Shown: positions 1-9,046 of the stretch, in pieces
Position numbering within the stretch: position 1 is the first letter of the stretch
How the letters are laid out: every line of letters starts with the position of its first letter
Origin: a virus
Lineage: Duplodnaviria > Caudoviricetes
Virus record (IMG/VR): IMGVR_UViG_3300050195_000084
Coordinates: 1 to 26,286 of that record
Reading direction: 5' to 3' (one strand)
DNA length: 26,286 nt
Translations under genes and position numbers: made by a program
The notes under the pieces: model-generated
What the model was told of the DNA's origin: nothing
The model's input: only the letters and a program-made list of their open reading frames with translations
Database searches by the model: none

Positions 1-2
1 GT

Positions 3-140
3 GGCACGCCCGTCCCCGCGGAGTACTGCCCGGCCATCCAGCGCATCACCGGCGGCCGCGTGACCTGCAAGGACCTGCGTCCTGACGTCGACTGGGACGG
101 CGCCGCGGTCGTGGCTAAGCAGCCGGCTGGAGAGGGCTGA
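3..140 (+). CDS. Cro/YdaS-like HTH regulator, 3' part (5' end outside the window)
   Basis: Manual translation GTPVPAEYCPAIQRITGGRVTCKDLRPDVDWDG...* matches the typical YdaS/Cro C-terminus (VPAxxCxxIExxTxGxVTxxxLRPD). It lies upstream of the CII-like and replication genes. Confidence 0.85.
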   Translation, partial: GTPVPAEYCPAIQRITGGRVTCKDLRPDVDWDGAAVVAKQPAGEG

Positions 141-143
141 TCC

Positions 144-329
144 ATGGCCCACGTGCGCTTCTTCCTCGCGCTGGCCCTCATCGCCGCCGGCTGCGCGCTG
201 CTCATCGCGTCGTACTCGCCGCGCCCGATGGTGGCGTGCTGGGTGGGTGGTGGTTCGCATGCCGCCACTGTCGCTTTTTTTGCCCGCACAGGGTACTCAA
301 CCGGCTTCAAGAACCATGACCCAGCTTGA
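144..329 (+). CDS. Hypothetical small membrane protein
   Basis: ATG 3 nt after the cro stop; N-terminal hydrophobic stretch FFLALALIAAGCALLIA; overlaps the next gene by 14 nt. No recognisable family. Confidence 0.35.
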   Translation: MAHVRFFLALALIAAGCALLIASYSPRPMVACWVGGGSHAATVAFFARTGYSTGFKNHDPA

Positions 330-732
330 ACAGCAGGCCGAGCTCGCGCTCGCGCGCCGCGGCGCCGCCGTGTCCATCCCCATCGAGATGATCCGCGCCA
401 AGCGCACGGGCGCCGCCGCCTTCACCCTGGCGTGCGACACGTCGGGCCTGGACGACAAGGAGATCTACCTCGCGCTCGACATCGACCCGGGCTACTTCTC
501 CAACATCAAGAAGGGCAAGGCCACGCTGCAGGCCGACAAGGTGCAGGGCTTCTGCGCGGTGGTGGGCAACAACGTCTACGTCGAGTGGGCGGCCTACCAG
601 GTGGGTTGCACGCTGGTGCGCATCGAAAGCGAGACCGAGCGCCTGCTGCGTGAAGCGCAGGAGCAGATCACCATGCTGCGCCACGACAAGCGCGTGCTGA
701 CCGAGGCGCTGCGCGGCAGCGTGGCAGCATGA
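316..732 (+). CDS. CII-like / XRE-type HTH phage regulatory protein
   Basis: Likely start is ATG 316 (MTQLEQ...), not the upstream GTG 247. HTH-like segment SGLDDKEIYLALDIDPGYFSNIKKG and a C-terminal coiled coil. Occupies the cII position between cro and the replication gene. Confidence 0.65.
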   Translation: MTQLEQQAELALARRGAAVSIPIEMIRAKRTGAAAFTLACDTSGLDDKEIYLALDIDPGYFSNIKKGKATLQADKVQGFCAVVGNNVYVEWAAYQVGCTLVRIESETERLLREAQEQITMLRHDKRVLTEALRGSVAA

Positions 733-1262
733 CCAGCGCCTACACCCCGCAGCCCGGCACCGTCACCGCGCGCTCCGTGGCTGCCGTCCACGCGCTGCCC
801 GCCGGTCAGATCATCGCGAACGTGGAACTGGCCGAGCAGCTCGGGCAGCACCCGTCCGTCGTCAACTGCGGCATGGAAGCGCCAGTGCGCTACGGCTTGA
901 TCGAGAAGCACATGAACGGCCGCCTCGTGAGCTGGAGCCGCGGCAACGGCATCCCGCTGGCAGAACGCGTCGAAGAGGAGCCCGACGACGCACCCATCGT
1001 GCAGCGCGTCGTGCCCGCGGTGCAGGAGCCGATCCCGGAGGCACCGCCCGTCACTGCGCCGCAACCGCGCGCGAAGCAGGCGCGCGCCATCACGGCCGAG
1101 GCCAGCACCACCCCGCAGCCCATCCGTATCGCGCTCTGGTCCGACGGCCAGCTGCACATCCGCCGCGCCGGCGCCGACCTGATCGTGCTGTCGAAGGACG
1201 AGACGCGCGAGCTGGTGCGGTATCTGGGGCGGATGGCTGACGCCACCGAGGCCGCCGCGTGA
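729..1262 (+). CDS. Hypothetical phage protein (possible N-terminal winged-helix, Pro-rich linker)
   Basis: ATGA overlap with the upstream stop; segment NVELAEQLGQHPSVV...YGLIEK resembles a wHTH. Confidence 0.65.
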   Translation: MTSAYTPQPGTVTARSVAAVHALPAGQIIANVELAEQLGQHPSVVNCGMEAPVRYGLIEKHMNGRLVSWSRGNGIPLAERVEEEPDDAPIVQRVVPAVQEPIPEAPPVTAPQPRAKQARAITAEASTTPQPIRIALWSDGQLHIRRAGADLIVLSKDETRELVRYLGRMADATEAAA

Positions 1263-1404
1263 CCCTCATCCTCAAACCCCGCGGCCGTGGCAACTGGCGC
1301 CCGATGCGCATGCAGCTTGATGGCGAGCGCGGCGGCCTGTTCATTCGCGCTGGCCAGCTGATCTTTCTCGGCGGCGTGGTCTGGCGCATTGCGCGGGTGA
1401 TCGC

Positions 1405-1408
<4 letters not shown>
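1259..1408 (+). CDS. Hypothetical 49-aa phage protein (not in the ORF track)
   Basis: GTG start overlaps the upstream TGA (GTGA) and its stop overlaps the next ATG (ATGA). Translation MTLILKPRGRGNWRPMRMQLDGERGGLFIRAGQLIFLGGVVWRIARVIA fills the gap exactly. Confidence 0.7.
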
Positions 1409-2420
<1,012 letters not shown>

Positions 2421-2424
<4 letters not shown>

Positions 2425-2831
2425 ACGCCCGTGACCAACGCATCGCCGACGAAGTCGAAATCGAGGCGGACCTCCGCTGCATCGCCGACCGCTGCCCGCG
2501 ACGCTGGTCGTCGGACTTCGGCGCGAAGCTGTGCAGCGCGCATGCCGCCGCGAAGTCGACGCACCACTGGCCGCGCATCACCCAGGACTTGATCGACCTC
2601 GAGACCCAGCAGGCGTTGCGAGGTCCGCGGCCTCGACCGCAGCGCTACGCCACGCGCGAGGAGGGCATCGCTGCCCTCGAGAAGCTGCGCCACATGGGCC
2701 GCGGCGATCCGCGTCGCTGGGCCAAGGTGCTCCAGCGCCGTGAAGAGCGAGGCGTTCAGCTCACGAAGTTCCAACGCGTGGCGTGGCGCGAAGTCGTCCG
2801 CGACGTCGAACCCCAACCGGAGGTCGTATGA
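2421..2831 (+). CDS. Hypothetical protein with a putative Zn-binding C-x4-C...C-x2-H motif
   Basis: ATG 2421 (ATGA overlap) preceded by AAGGAG; motif RCIADRCPRRWSSDFGAKLCSAH. The longer upstream extension in the ORF track overlaps the replication gene. Confidence 0.7.
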
Positions 2832-3046
2832 CCGAACCCTGCCGCTCCGACTGCGCTGTCCCCACGCACATCGCGCGCTGCGACCCCAGCGGGTACTGCC
2901 CGCAGCACAGCGTGTGCGCACGCAAGGCCTCTCGCTCCAGGCAGCCGCCCATCAACGGTATGGCCCTGAAGAACCCCGAGGGGGCGTGGTGCCCGATCTT
3001 CGTTGACGTTCGTGCGCTCGCGCGATCCTCCGCGGAGGCCGCATGA
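2828..3046 (+). CDS. Hypothetical Cys-rich small protein
   Basis: ATG 2828 (ATGA overlap) after GGAGG; 72 aa with six Cys; its stop overlaps the rusA ATG. Confidence 0.6.
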   Translation: MTEPCRSDCAVPTHIARCDPSGYCPQHSVCARKASRSRQPPINGMALKNPEGAWCPIFVDVRALARSSAEAA

Positions 3047-3498
3047 TCGTCCTGACACTGCCTTACCCCCTGAGCGCGAACCGCATGTGGCGCGCGATCA
3101 CCATCCCAGGCCGCACGATGATGGCTCCGACGAAGGAGGCCAAGGCCTACAAGGCGGACGTGGCGCGCATCTGCGCCGCAGCCGGAATCCGCGCGCCGCT
3201 GGCCGGCCGTCTGGCGATCGCCGTGCGCCTGTTCCCGGCCCGCCCGCAGGACTGGGCGCGCCGCATGCGCAAGCTCGGCCCGGCTTGGCACAACGACGTG
3301 CGCTGCATCGACTTGGACAACGCCAACAAGGTGCTCCTCGACTCGCTCAAGGGCGTCGCGTTCGACGACGACAAGTGGGTCTTCCGGCTGCAGTGCGAGC
3401 GCATGGAGCCCGACGAGCACGGCGCGCGCGTCATCGTCGCAATCACGCAGATGGCGGCGCCGGTGGCCCAGGCCTCGCTCCTCAAGGAGATCGCATGA
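3043..3498 (+). CDS. rusA: RusA-family Holliday junction resolvase
   Basis: LPYPLSANRMWR N-terminus and catalytic DLDNANKVLLDSLKGVAFDDDKWV motif; GGAGG RBS. Confidence 0.92.
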   Translation: MIVLTLPYPLSANRMWRAITIPGRTMMAPTKEAKAYKADVARICAAAGIRAPLAGRLAIAVRLFPARPQDWARRMRKLGPAWHNDVRCIDLDNANKVLLDSLKGVAFDDDKWVFRLQCERMEPDEHGARVIVAITQMAAPVAQASLLKEIA

Positions 3499-3689
3499 CA
3501 TCGTGTCCACTACTGGACGGCAAGCATTGCCAGATCTGTGGCGGCAGCATGCCGCGCTGGCTCTTCTCGCGCCATGAGAAATCGGCGGTTCGCGAGCGCG
3601 CCGAGCAGCGCCTTACAGCCGAACGCCATGAGAAGCTCTGGAATGAGGGTTTCAATCGCTTGGCTCTCGTGCCCAAGGGGGCCGCATGA
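3495..3689 (+). CDS. Hypothetical small protein (CxxC)
   Basis: ATG 3495 with AAGGAG RBS and ATGA overlaps at both ends; MTSCPLLDGKHCQICGG... Confidence 0.6.
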   Translation: MTSCPLLDGKHCQICGGSMPRWLFSRHEKSAVRERAEQRLTAERHEKLWNEGFNRLALVPKGAA

Positions 3690-3925
3690 AGGTCGTCGAG
3701 TTCGATCGCGGCCCGGACAAGGCCGACCTGCAGCGCACGCTCGACGTGGTGGAGGCGATGCGCCAGGCCGTGCTTGAAGGCCGCGTCATCGCATTCGCCG
3801 CGGTCAGCCTCAACGACACCGACGACGTCGAGTCCTGGACCGGTGCGACGCGCAGCGTCTCGCGTCTGCGGATCCAGGGCGCCGTGGCCCACCTCCAGCA
3901 CTGCCTGCACACGGGAGACGCATGA
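3686..3925 (+). CDS. Hypothetical phage protein
   Basis: Translationally coupled 79-aa ORF with typical high-GC codon use. Confidence 0.7.
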   Translation: MKVVEFDRGPDKADLQRTLDVVEAMRQAVLEGRVIAFAAVSLNDTDDVESWTGATRSVSRLRIQGAVAHLQHCLHTGDA

Positions 3926-4335
3926 CCATGAGCGTCTGGAGTTCCCTCCTCGCCCAGCAGCGCAACGAAGCGCTCGATGATCTGCTCTCGCGCTGGCACC
4001 ACTGGCAGACGCAGCAGACCAGCACCGCGCGCGGCCACGCGGCGCGCAGCACCGTCGTGGGCGACTACATCGTGAGCCGCCAGCACGACGACGCCAACGG
4101 CGCCCTCTACGACGACGAGGAGCAGGTCACGATGCGCGCCGTGCAGGCCAACGTCGACAACATGGCCGAGCCGTACCGGTCGGCGGCCTACGTGATGGCC
4201 AGGTCGCTGTGCCTGGGCACCAGCGCGTTCACGTCGCCGCGGCTGCCGAAGTTCCCGGCCGAGCGCGACAGGGTGCTGGCACATGCGCGGCAGTGGCTGA
4301 TCCTGAGGCTGGTGGGCGCGGGGATGATGGAGTGA
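3922..4335 (+). CDS. Putative late-gene antiterminator (Q-like)
   Basis: Last gene of the early operon, followed directly by a promoter-like motif and an intrinsic terminator. LDDLLSRWHHW N-terminus and helical C-terminus resemble Q-position proteins of proteobacterial prophages. Function inferred mainly from position. Confidence 0.55.
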   Translation: MTMSVWSSLLAQQRNEALDDLLSRWHHWQTQQTSTARGHAARSTVVGDYIVSRQHDDANGALYDDEEQVTMRAVQANVDNMAEPYRSAAYVMARSLCLGTSAFTSPRLPKFPAERDRVLAHARQWLILRLVGAGMME

Positions 4336-4346
4336 GCCGCGCGTCG

Positions 4347-4355
4347 TGGTACATT
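4347..4355 (+). promoter_or_regulatory. Possible late promoter (pR'-like), extended -10
   Basis: TGGTACATT fits TGn-TAnnnT. It lies 12 nt after the Q-like stop and about 40 nt before a terminator. No good -35 is visible. Confidence 0.35.
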
Positions 4356-4393
4356 GCCACCCGTCGACACCGCCGTATGGCGAATCGCCTTCC

Positions 4394-4432
4394 AAAGCCT
4401 GCCCTGAGCAATCAGCGCGGGCTTTTTCGTTT
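4394..4432 (+). terminator. Intrinsic terminator (tR'-like) ahead of the late operon
   Basis: AAAGCCTGCCCTGA-GCAA-TCAGCGCGGGCTTT hairpin with a GNRA loop, running into TTCGTTT. Confidence 0.75.
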
Positions 4433-4446
4433 CCGAAGGAGCCTCC

Positions 4447-4764
4447 ATGTCCCGATCCGTCCTCGCCGTGGTCGCCCTCGCGTCGATCGCCGCCAGCTCG
4501 CTGTCCGCGCCCGTGGCCGGCTACCGCTTCGCCCTGACCGAGACGACGTCCGGCCTGGTCGTCGAAGCCGACGGCCCCGTCGACGCCACGCAGATCGTCT
4601 GCGCCGACGTCCCGGCCGGCACCTACCAGCCGTCCATCGTCTGCGTCGACGCGGCCGGCAACGCGCTCACGCCCGCCGTCCTGGCCACCGACGTCCTCGT
4701 CGTCAACGACGTGGCCACGGTGATGGTCAATGTCCCCGCTTCGCTGGCTGCGTCGCTGGTTTGA
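4447..4764 (+). CDS. Hypothetical beta-rich (Ig/FN3-like) protein, first late gene
   Basis: GAAGGAG RBS; Val/Ala/Thr-rich beta pattern with FN3-like segments GYRFALT and VPAGTYQPSIVCVDAAGN. Confidence 0.7.
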   Translation: MSRSVLAVVALASIAASSLSAPVAGYRFALTETTSGLVVEADGPVDATQIVCADVPAGTYQPSIVCVDAAGNALTPAVLATDVLVVNDVATVMVNVPASLAASLV

Positions 4765-5050
4765 GCGGCGCCGGCGCGTACACGTGCCGGTCGCTCTGTC
4801 CGTCCTGATCATCCCCCGGTAGTGCGGCTGGGGCTCGCAGCGCTTTCCACGGCAGCGGCGAGGGGTTCTCACCGGAGGCGCTGACCCTCCGCCGCCTCGG
4901 CGGGCCGCACGCGCCAGCGAACGGCAGCATCCTGCGTCGCGATGACGTAGGTCTGAAGGGTGCCTGAGCGCGAGGAACGCCCCTACAGAGGAGCCGCGGC
5001 CTTAAGTGGAGCGGGCTACCAGAAGGCGTGACAGCCGGAGAGACGGCATC
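4763..5050 (+). ncRNA. Candidate structured non-coding RNA or leader upstream of terS
   Basis: Gene-free segment of about 340 nt with nested helices: 4763-4796 hairpin; GGTAG 4818-4822 / CTACC 5016-5020; GTGCGGCT 4822-4829 / GGCCGCAC 4903-4910; GCGGCG-AGGG 4855-4864 / CCCT-C-CGCCGC 4885-4895; CCTGCGTC 4931-4938 / GACGTAGG 4944-4951; GCCG-GAGAGA-CGGC 5034-5047. Confidence 0.45.
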
Positions 5051-5103
5051 CCAACCGACTTGCGCCGGCCTGCGCATGCCAGCCCACGGGCTCCACCAGC
5101 ACC

Positions 5104-5505
5104 ATGACACGCAAGCTCACCGACAAGCAGGAGGCGTTCGTTCGCGAGTACCTCATCGACCTGGCGCCGTCAGCGGCTGCCCGGCGCGCAGGCTACGTCG
5201 GCAACGTCAAGCAGACCGCGCAGGACCTGCTCAAGCACCCGCAGGTCGGCGCCATGATCCAGGCGCAGATGGCTGCGCGCTCGGAGCGCCTCGAGGACAG
5301 CGCCGACATGGTGCTGCGCGACCTGCGCCGGCTGGGACAGCGTGCTGAGGCCGGCGGCGAGTTCGGCGCTGCGCTCAAAGCCGTGGAGCTGCGCGGCAAG
5401 CACCTGGGCATGTTCAGCACGAAGTTCGAGCACTCCGGCCCCGGCGGTGGCCCGATCGAGCAGAACCTGCAGGTCACGTTCGTCAAGCCTGCGCAGCGGC
5501 CGTGA
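5104..5505 (+). CDS. terS: Terminase small subunit
   Basis: LTDKQEAFVREYLIDLAPSAAARRAGY N-terminus and ALKAVELRGKHLGMF...EHSGPGGGPI C-terminus, both typical of TerS. Confidence 0.93.
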   Translation: MTRKLTDKQEAFVREYLIDLAPSAAARRAGYVGNVKQTAQDLLKHPQVGAMIQAQMAARSERLEDSADMVLRDLRRLGQRAEAGGEFGAALKAVELRGKHLGMFSTKFEHSGPGGGPIEQNLQVTFVKPAQRP

Positions 5506-6794
5506 TCGAGCTGCCGGCGAAGCTCGAACGCCTGTTCGAGCCCTACCGGTTCAAGTTCCTCAAGGGCGGCCGCGGCAGCGCGAAGTCGTGGAGCGTCGCG
5601 CGCATCTTCCTGATCCTCGGCACGATGGGCGTCGAGCGCATTCTGTGCACGCGCGAGGTTCAGAAGTCGATCAAGCAGTCGGTGCACCAGCTGCTGCGCG
5701 ACCAGATCCCGGCGCTGGGCTTGGGCTGGTTCTACGAGGTGCAGGCCACAGAGATCCGAGGGCGCAACGGCACGCGGTTCTTCTTCGCCGGCCTGTCCGA
5801 CCAGACGGTCGACTCGATCAAGTCGTTCGAGGGCTGCACGCGGGTCTGGAACGAGGAAGGGCAGACAACAACGCGGCGCTCGTGGCAGATCCTGATTCCC
5901 ACGATCCGCGTCGACGGCTCGGAGATCTGGACGACCTATAACCCGGAGCTCGAGACTGACGAGACCCACGTCATGGCGATGACGCCCGACGAGGACACGC
6001 TCACCATCGAGATGAACTACGGCGACAACCCGTGGTTCCCGGAGGTGCTCGAGAAGGCTCGCGCGAAGGCCGAACGCACGATGGTGCCGGCTGAATACGC
6101 GCACATCTGGCTGGGACGCTGCATGCCTGCTGTCAAGGGCGCGATCTACTTCGACGAGATCGCCGCGGCGGAGGCAGCCGGTCGAATCGGGCGCTTCCCC
6201 TACGACCCGATGCTCAAGGTTCACCGGATCTGGGACATGGGCTGGAACGACGCGATGGCCATCATCCTGGCCCAGCGCAGCGGATCGGCCATCACGGTCA
6301 TCGGCTACGTCACCGGTTCGCACCGGACCGTGGCCAGCTACCTGGCCGACTTCCGCGGCCCTGACTATCGCGGCTGGAACTGGGGCAAGGACTTCCTGCC
6401 GCACGACGGCTTCGCGAAGAACCGCCAGACCGGCAAGGCCGACTCCGACGTGCTCGAGGGCCTGGGCTGCGAGGTCATGCGCACCACCAGCGTGGAGCTG
6501 GAGCAGGGCATCCGGCGGGCGCGCGACGTGTTCCCCCGCGTCTACATCAACGAGGCCGGCTGCGCGTCGACCGACGACGAGCTGCCCGGCCTGGTCGACT
6601 GCCTGAAGCGCTACCGCCGGCGCATCAACCAGCGCACCGACACGCCCGAAGGCCCGCTGCACGACGTCCACAGCAACGGCGCGGACGCCTTCCGCTACCT
6701 CGCGATCAACGTCGAAGAGATGACGAACGAGGACGCGAAACCCCTTGACCTCCCGGTCGACGACGACGTCGGCGGATCCTGGATGAGCACCTGA
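5502..6794 (+). CDS. terL: Terminase large subunit (PBSX/Sf6-like headful type)
   Basis: Walker A GGRGSAKS, CTREVQKSIKQSV, IKSFEG...WNEEGQ Walker B, and nuclease motifs WDMGWNDA and SNGADAFRY. Confidence 0.95.
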   Translation: MIELPAKLERLFEPYRFKFLKGGRGSAKSWSVARIFLILGTMGVERILCTREVQKSIKQSVHQLLRDQIPALGLGWFYEVQATEIRGRNGTRFFFAGLSDQTVDSIKSFEGCTRVWNEEGQTTTRRSWQILIPTIRVDGSEIWTTYNPELETDETHVMAMTPDEDTLTIEMNYGDNPWFPEVLEKARAKAERTMVPAEYAHIWLGRCMPAVKGAIYFDEIAAAEAAGRIGRFPYDPMLKVHRIWDMGWNDAMAIILAQRSGSAITVIGYVTGSHRTVASYLADFRGPDYRGWNWGKDFLPHDGFAKNRQTGKADSDVLEGLGCEVMRTTSVELEQGIRRARDVFPRVYINEAGCASTDDELPGLVDCLKRYRRRINQRTDTPEGPLHDVHSNGADAFRYLAINVEEMTNEDAKPLDLPVDDDVGGSWMST

Positions 6795-6796
6795 CC

Positions 6797-9046
6797 ATGG
6801 CAACGAAGAAGACCCGCAAGCCCGCTGCGACGCAGGAGGGCGACACCTACGCGCCCGGCCTCGACGCTGACGCGCCTGCCGCGGCCAAGGACGTCGCCAA
6901 GGGTGAGAAGGCCGACCACACGGCGATCTTCGAGCGCGCCAAGAAGCGCATCGACGAGTACAAGGAGGTCTGGAGCGAGCAGCACGATCGCATCCGCGAG
7001 GACCTGCGCTTCTCGAACCCGGCCAAGCCCGAGCAGTGGCGCCAGGATGACCTGGCCGGCCGCGGCAAGCGCCCGACGCTGACGCTGGACCGCACGAATC
7101 AGTTCATCGCGCAGGTCTCCAACGACATGCGCCAGAACAACGCCGGCATCGAGGTGATCCCGGCCGATGGCGACGCGGATTCGAAGGTCGCCGAGCAGCT
7201 CGAGAGCATGGTTCGGCACATCGAGTACGTCTCGCGCGCACCGATCGCCTACGACACCGCCGGCGACCTGCAGGTGCGCTGCGGCCTGGGCTGGCTGCGC
7301 GCGGTCCCCGTCGACGGCAAGGACGGCCAGGACATCTGCATCCTGCGCATCACCGACCCGACCTCGTGCGGCATCGATCTGGACTGCCACGAGCCTGACG
7401 GCGCCGGCGCGCGCTGGGGCTACGTTGAGGGCAAGTTGCATCGCTCGACCTTCGAGGAGCGCTATCCGGACGCCGCGGAGGTGCCGCTGGGCACCGAGGG
7501 CTGGCGCGATGGCGAGTACGTCACGATCTGCGAGTACTTCGAGATCGACGACGAGGGCAATCAGGTCTGGATGCACATGACCGGCGCCGAGGTCATCGAG
7601 CCGCCGATCCCGTTCCCGAGCCAGTACCTTGCCCTGGTGCCCGTCGTCGGCTACGAGCTCGAGGTCGACGGCAAGCGCTTCCTGTGCGGGCTGACGCGCC
7701 GCCTGATGGACGGCCAGCGTCTGCACAACTTCGAGATGAGCGCGATCGCCGAGTTCCTGGCCTCGCAGCCCAAGGCGCCGCTGATCGCGCCGGCCGAGTC
7801 GATGGCTGGCTACGAGGCGCACTACAAGCGGCTGGCCAGCGGCAACCCGGCGGTGCTGCCATACCGTGCGTGGGACGAAAAGGGTCGCGCGCTGCCCGCG
7901 CCGCAGCGGGTCATGCCCGCGCCGATGCCCGGCGCCTACGCGCAGATGGCCCAGTTCGCGACCGAGGAGATGCAAGCATCGGTCGGCATGTACAAGGCCA
8001 ACCTCGGCCAGGCCGGCAACGAGACCAGCGGCGTTGCGATCCGCAACCGGCAGATGGAAGGCGACGTCGCCACGCTGCAGTTCCCGGACAACCACGGCAA
8101 GAGCCAAGCGCAGTTGGGGCGCGTGATCGTCGACATGATCCCGCGCATGGCGCTCTCGCGCCGCGTGCAGCGCCTGGTGGCTGCCGATGGCAAGCACAGC
8201 TTCATCACGGTCGACCCGGCCATGAAGAAGCCCACGCGCCGCGGCCAGGACGGCAAGCTGGCCGCGATCAACCCGAAGATCGGCACCTACGACGTCTGCG
8301 TGAAGTCGGGCCCGAGCTACACCACCGCTCGCGAAGAGACCTTCTCGCAGCTGTCCGACATCATCGCCAAGAGCCCAGCGCTCGCGCCCGTGCTGATGCC
8401 GATGTGGGCCAAGCTCAAGGACATGCCGCAGTCCGACATGCTGGTCAAGCTGCTGCTGGCCGTTGCGCCGCCGGCGGTGCAGCAGATCTACGGCGAGGGC
8501 GAAGAGATCCCGCCGCACGTGGCCGCCGAGATGCAGCACCTCAAGCAGCAGCTCGAGCAGATGCAGGGCGCCATGCACCAGGCCGCCGACAAGCTCGAGG
8601 AGCTGCAGGCCGACCACCAGGCCAAGCAGATCGACGCGCTGTCCAAGACCGCCAGCATCCGCGTCGACCAGTACAAGGCCGAGACCGACCGCCTGAGGGT
8701 CATGGGCGCCGGCATGACGCGTGAGCAGGTGCAAGCCATCGTGATGGACCTGATGGGCCAGGTGTTCGCGCAGGGTGCGCCGGACGGCTCGCAGCCTGGT
8801 CAGCCCGGTCCGGACGCCGCGATGCAGCCTCCGATGGGCGGCGATCCGACGGTGGGCCCGGCCGGCCCGCCTGCTGACGACGGCTCGGGCCTGCCCACCG
8901 GCTTCCAGCAGAACGCGCCGCCGGCGCCTCCGCCCGTGGCCGATGTCTCCGGCCTCCCGGACAACCCGCTCGCGCACCAGGCGCCTGACACCTCCAACGA
9001 ACCGCCGAAAGGCGGTTTTTCTTTGCCTGAAGGGGCCGCAACATGA
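6797..9046 (+). CDS. Portal protein, P22 gp1-like
   Basis: Follows terL; 749 aa; EQW...RPTLTLDR, GLTRRLMDGQRLHN, NETSGVAIRNRQMEG, GTYDVCVKSGPSYTTAREE; Gln-rich C-terminal coiled coil. Confidence 0.92.
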   Translation: MATKKTRKPAATQEGDTYAPGLDADAPAAAKDVAKGEKADHTAIFERAKKRIDEYKEVWSEQHDRIREDLRFSNPAKPEQWRQDDLAGRGKRPTLTLDRTNQFIAQVSNDMRQNNAGIEVIPADGDADSKVAEQLESMVRHIEYVSRAPIAYDTAGDLQVRCGLGWLRAVPVDGKDGQDICILRITDPTSCGIDLDCHEPDGAGARWGYVEGKLHRSTFEERYPDAAEVPLGTEGWRDGEYVTICEYFEIDDEGNQVWMHMTGAEVIEPPIPFPSQYLALVPVVGYELEVDGKRFLCGLTRRLMDGQRLHNFEMSAIAEFLASQPKAPLIAPAESMAGYEAHYKRLASGNPAVLPYRAWDEKGRALPAPQRVMPAPMPGAYAQMAQFATEEMQASVGMYKANLGQAGNETSGVAIRNRQMEGDVATLQFPDNHGKSQAQLGRVIVDMIPRMALSRRVQRLVAADGKHSFITVDPAMKKPTRRGQDGKLAAINPKIGTYDVCVKSGPSYTTAREETFSQLSDIIAKSPALAPVLMPMWAKLKDMPQSDMLVKLLLAVAPPAVQQIYGEGEEIPPHVAAEMQHLKQQLEQMQGAMHQAADKLEELQADHQAKQIDALSKTASIRVDQYKAETDRLRVMGAGMTREQVQAIVMDLMGQVFAQGAPDGSQPGQPGPDAAMQPPMGGDPTVGPAGPPADDGSGLPTGFQQNAPPAPPPVADVSGLPDNPLAHQAPDTSNEPPKGGFSLPEGAAT
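9000..9024 (+). terminator. Intrinsic terminator-like hairpin inside the last codons of the portal gene
   Basis: AACCGCC-GAAA-GGCGGTT followed by TTTCTTT; the portal stop is at 9044-9046. Confidence 0.65.

Noticed and set aside
144-200. Lipobox-like IAAGC in the 61-aa ORF
   Set aside because: The -3 residue is non-canonical, the hydrophobic stretch continues past the Cys, and the gene is in the early region; not called a lipoprotein or o-spanin.
4921-4990. CTGAAG next to a stem as a possible hammerhead ribozyme; region also considered as a tRNA
   Set aside because: It lacks the CUGANGA plus GAAA core, and no cloverleaf with a TTCRA T-loop and acceptor stem was found.
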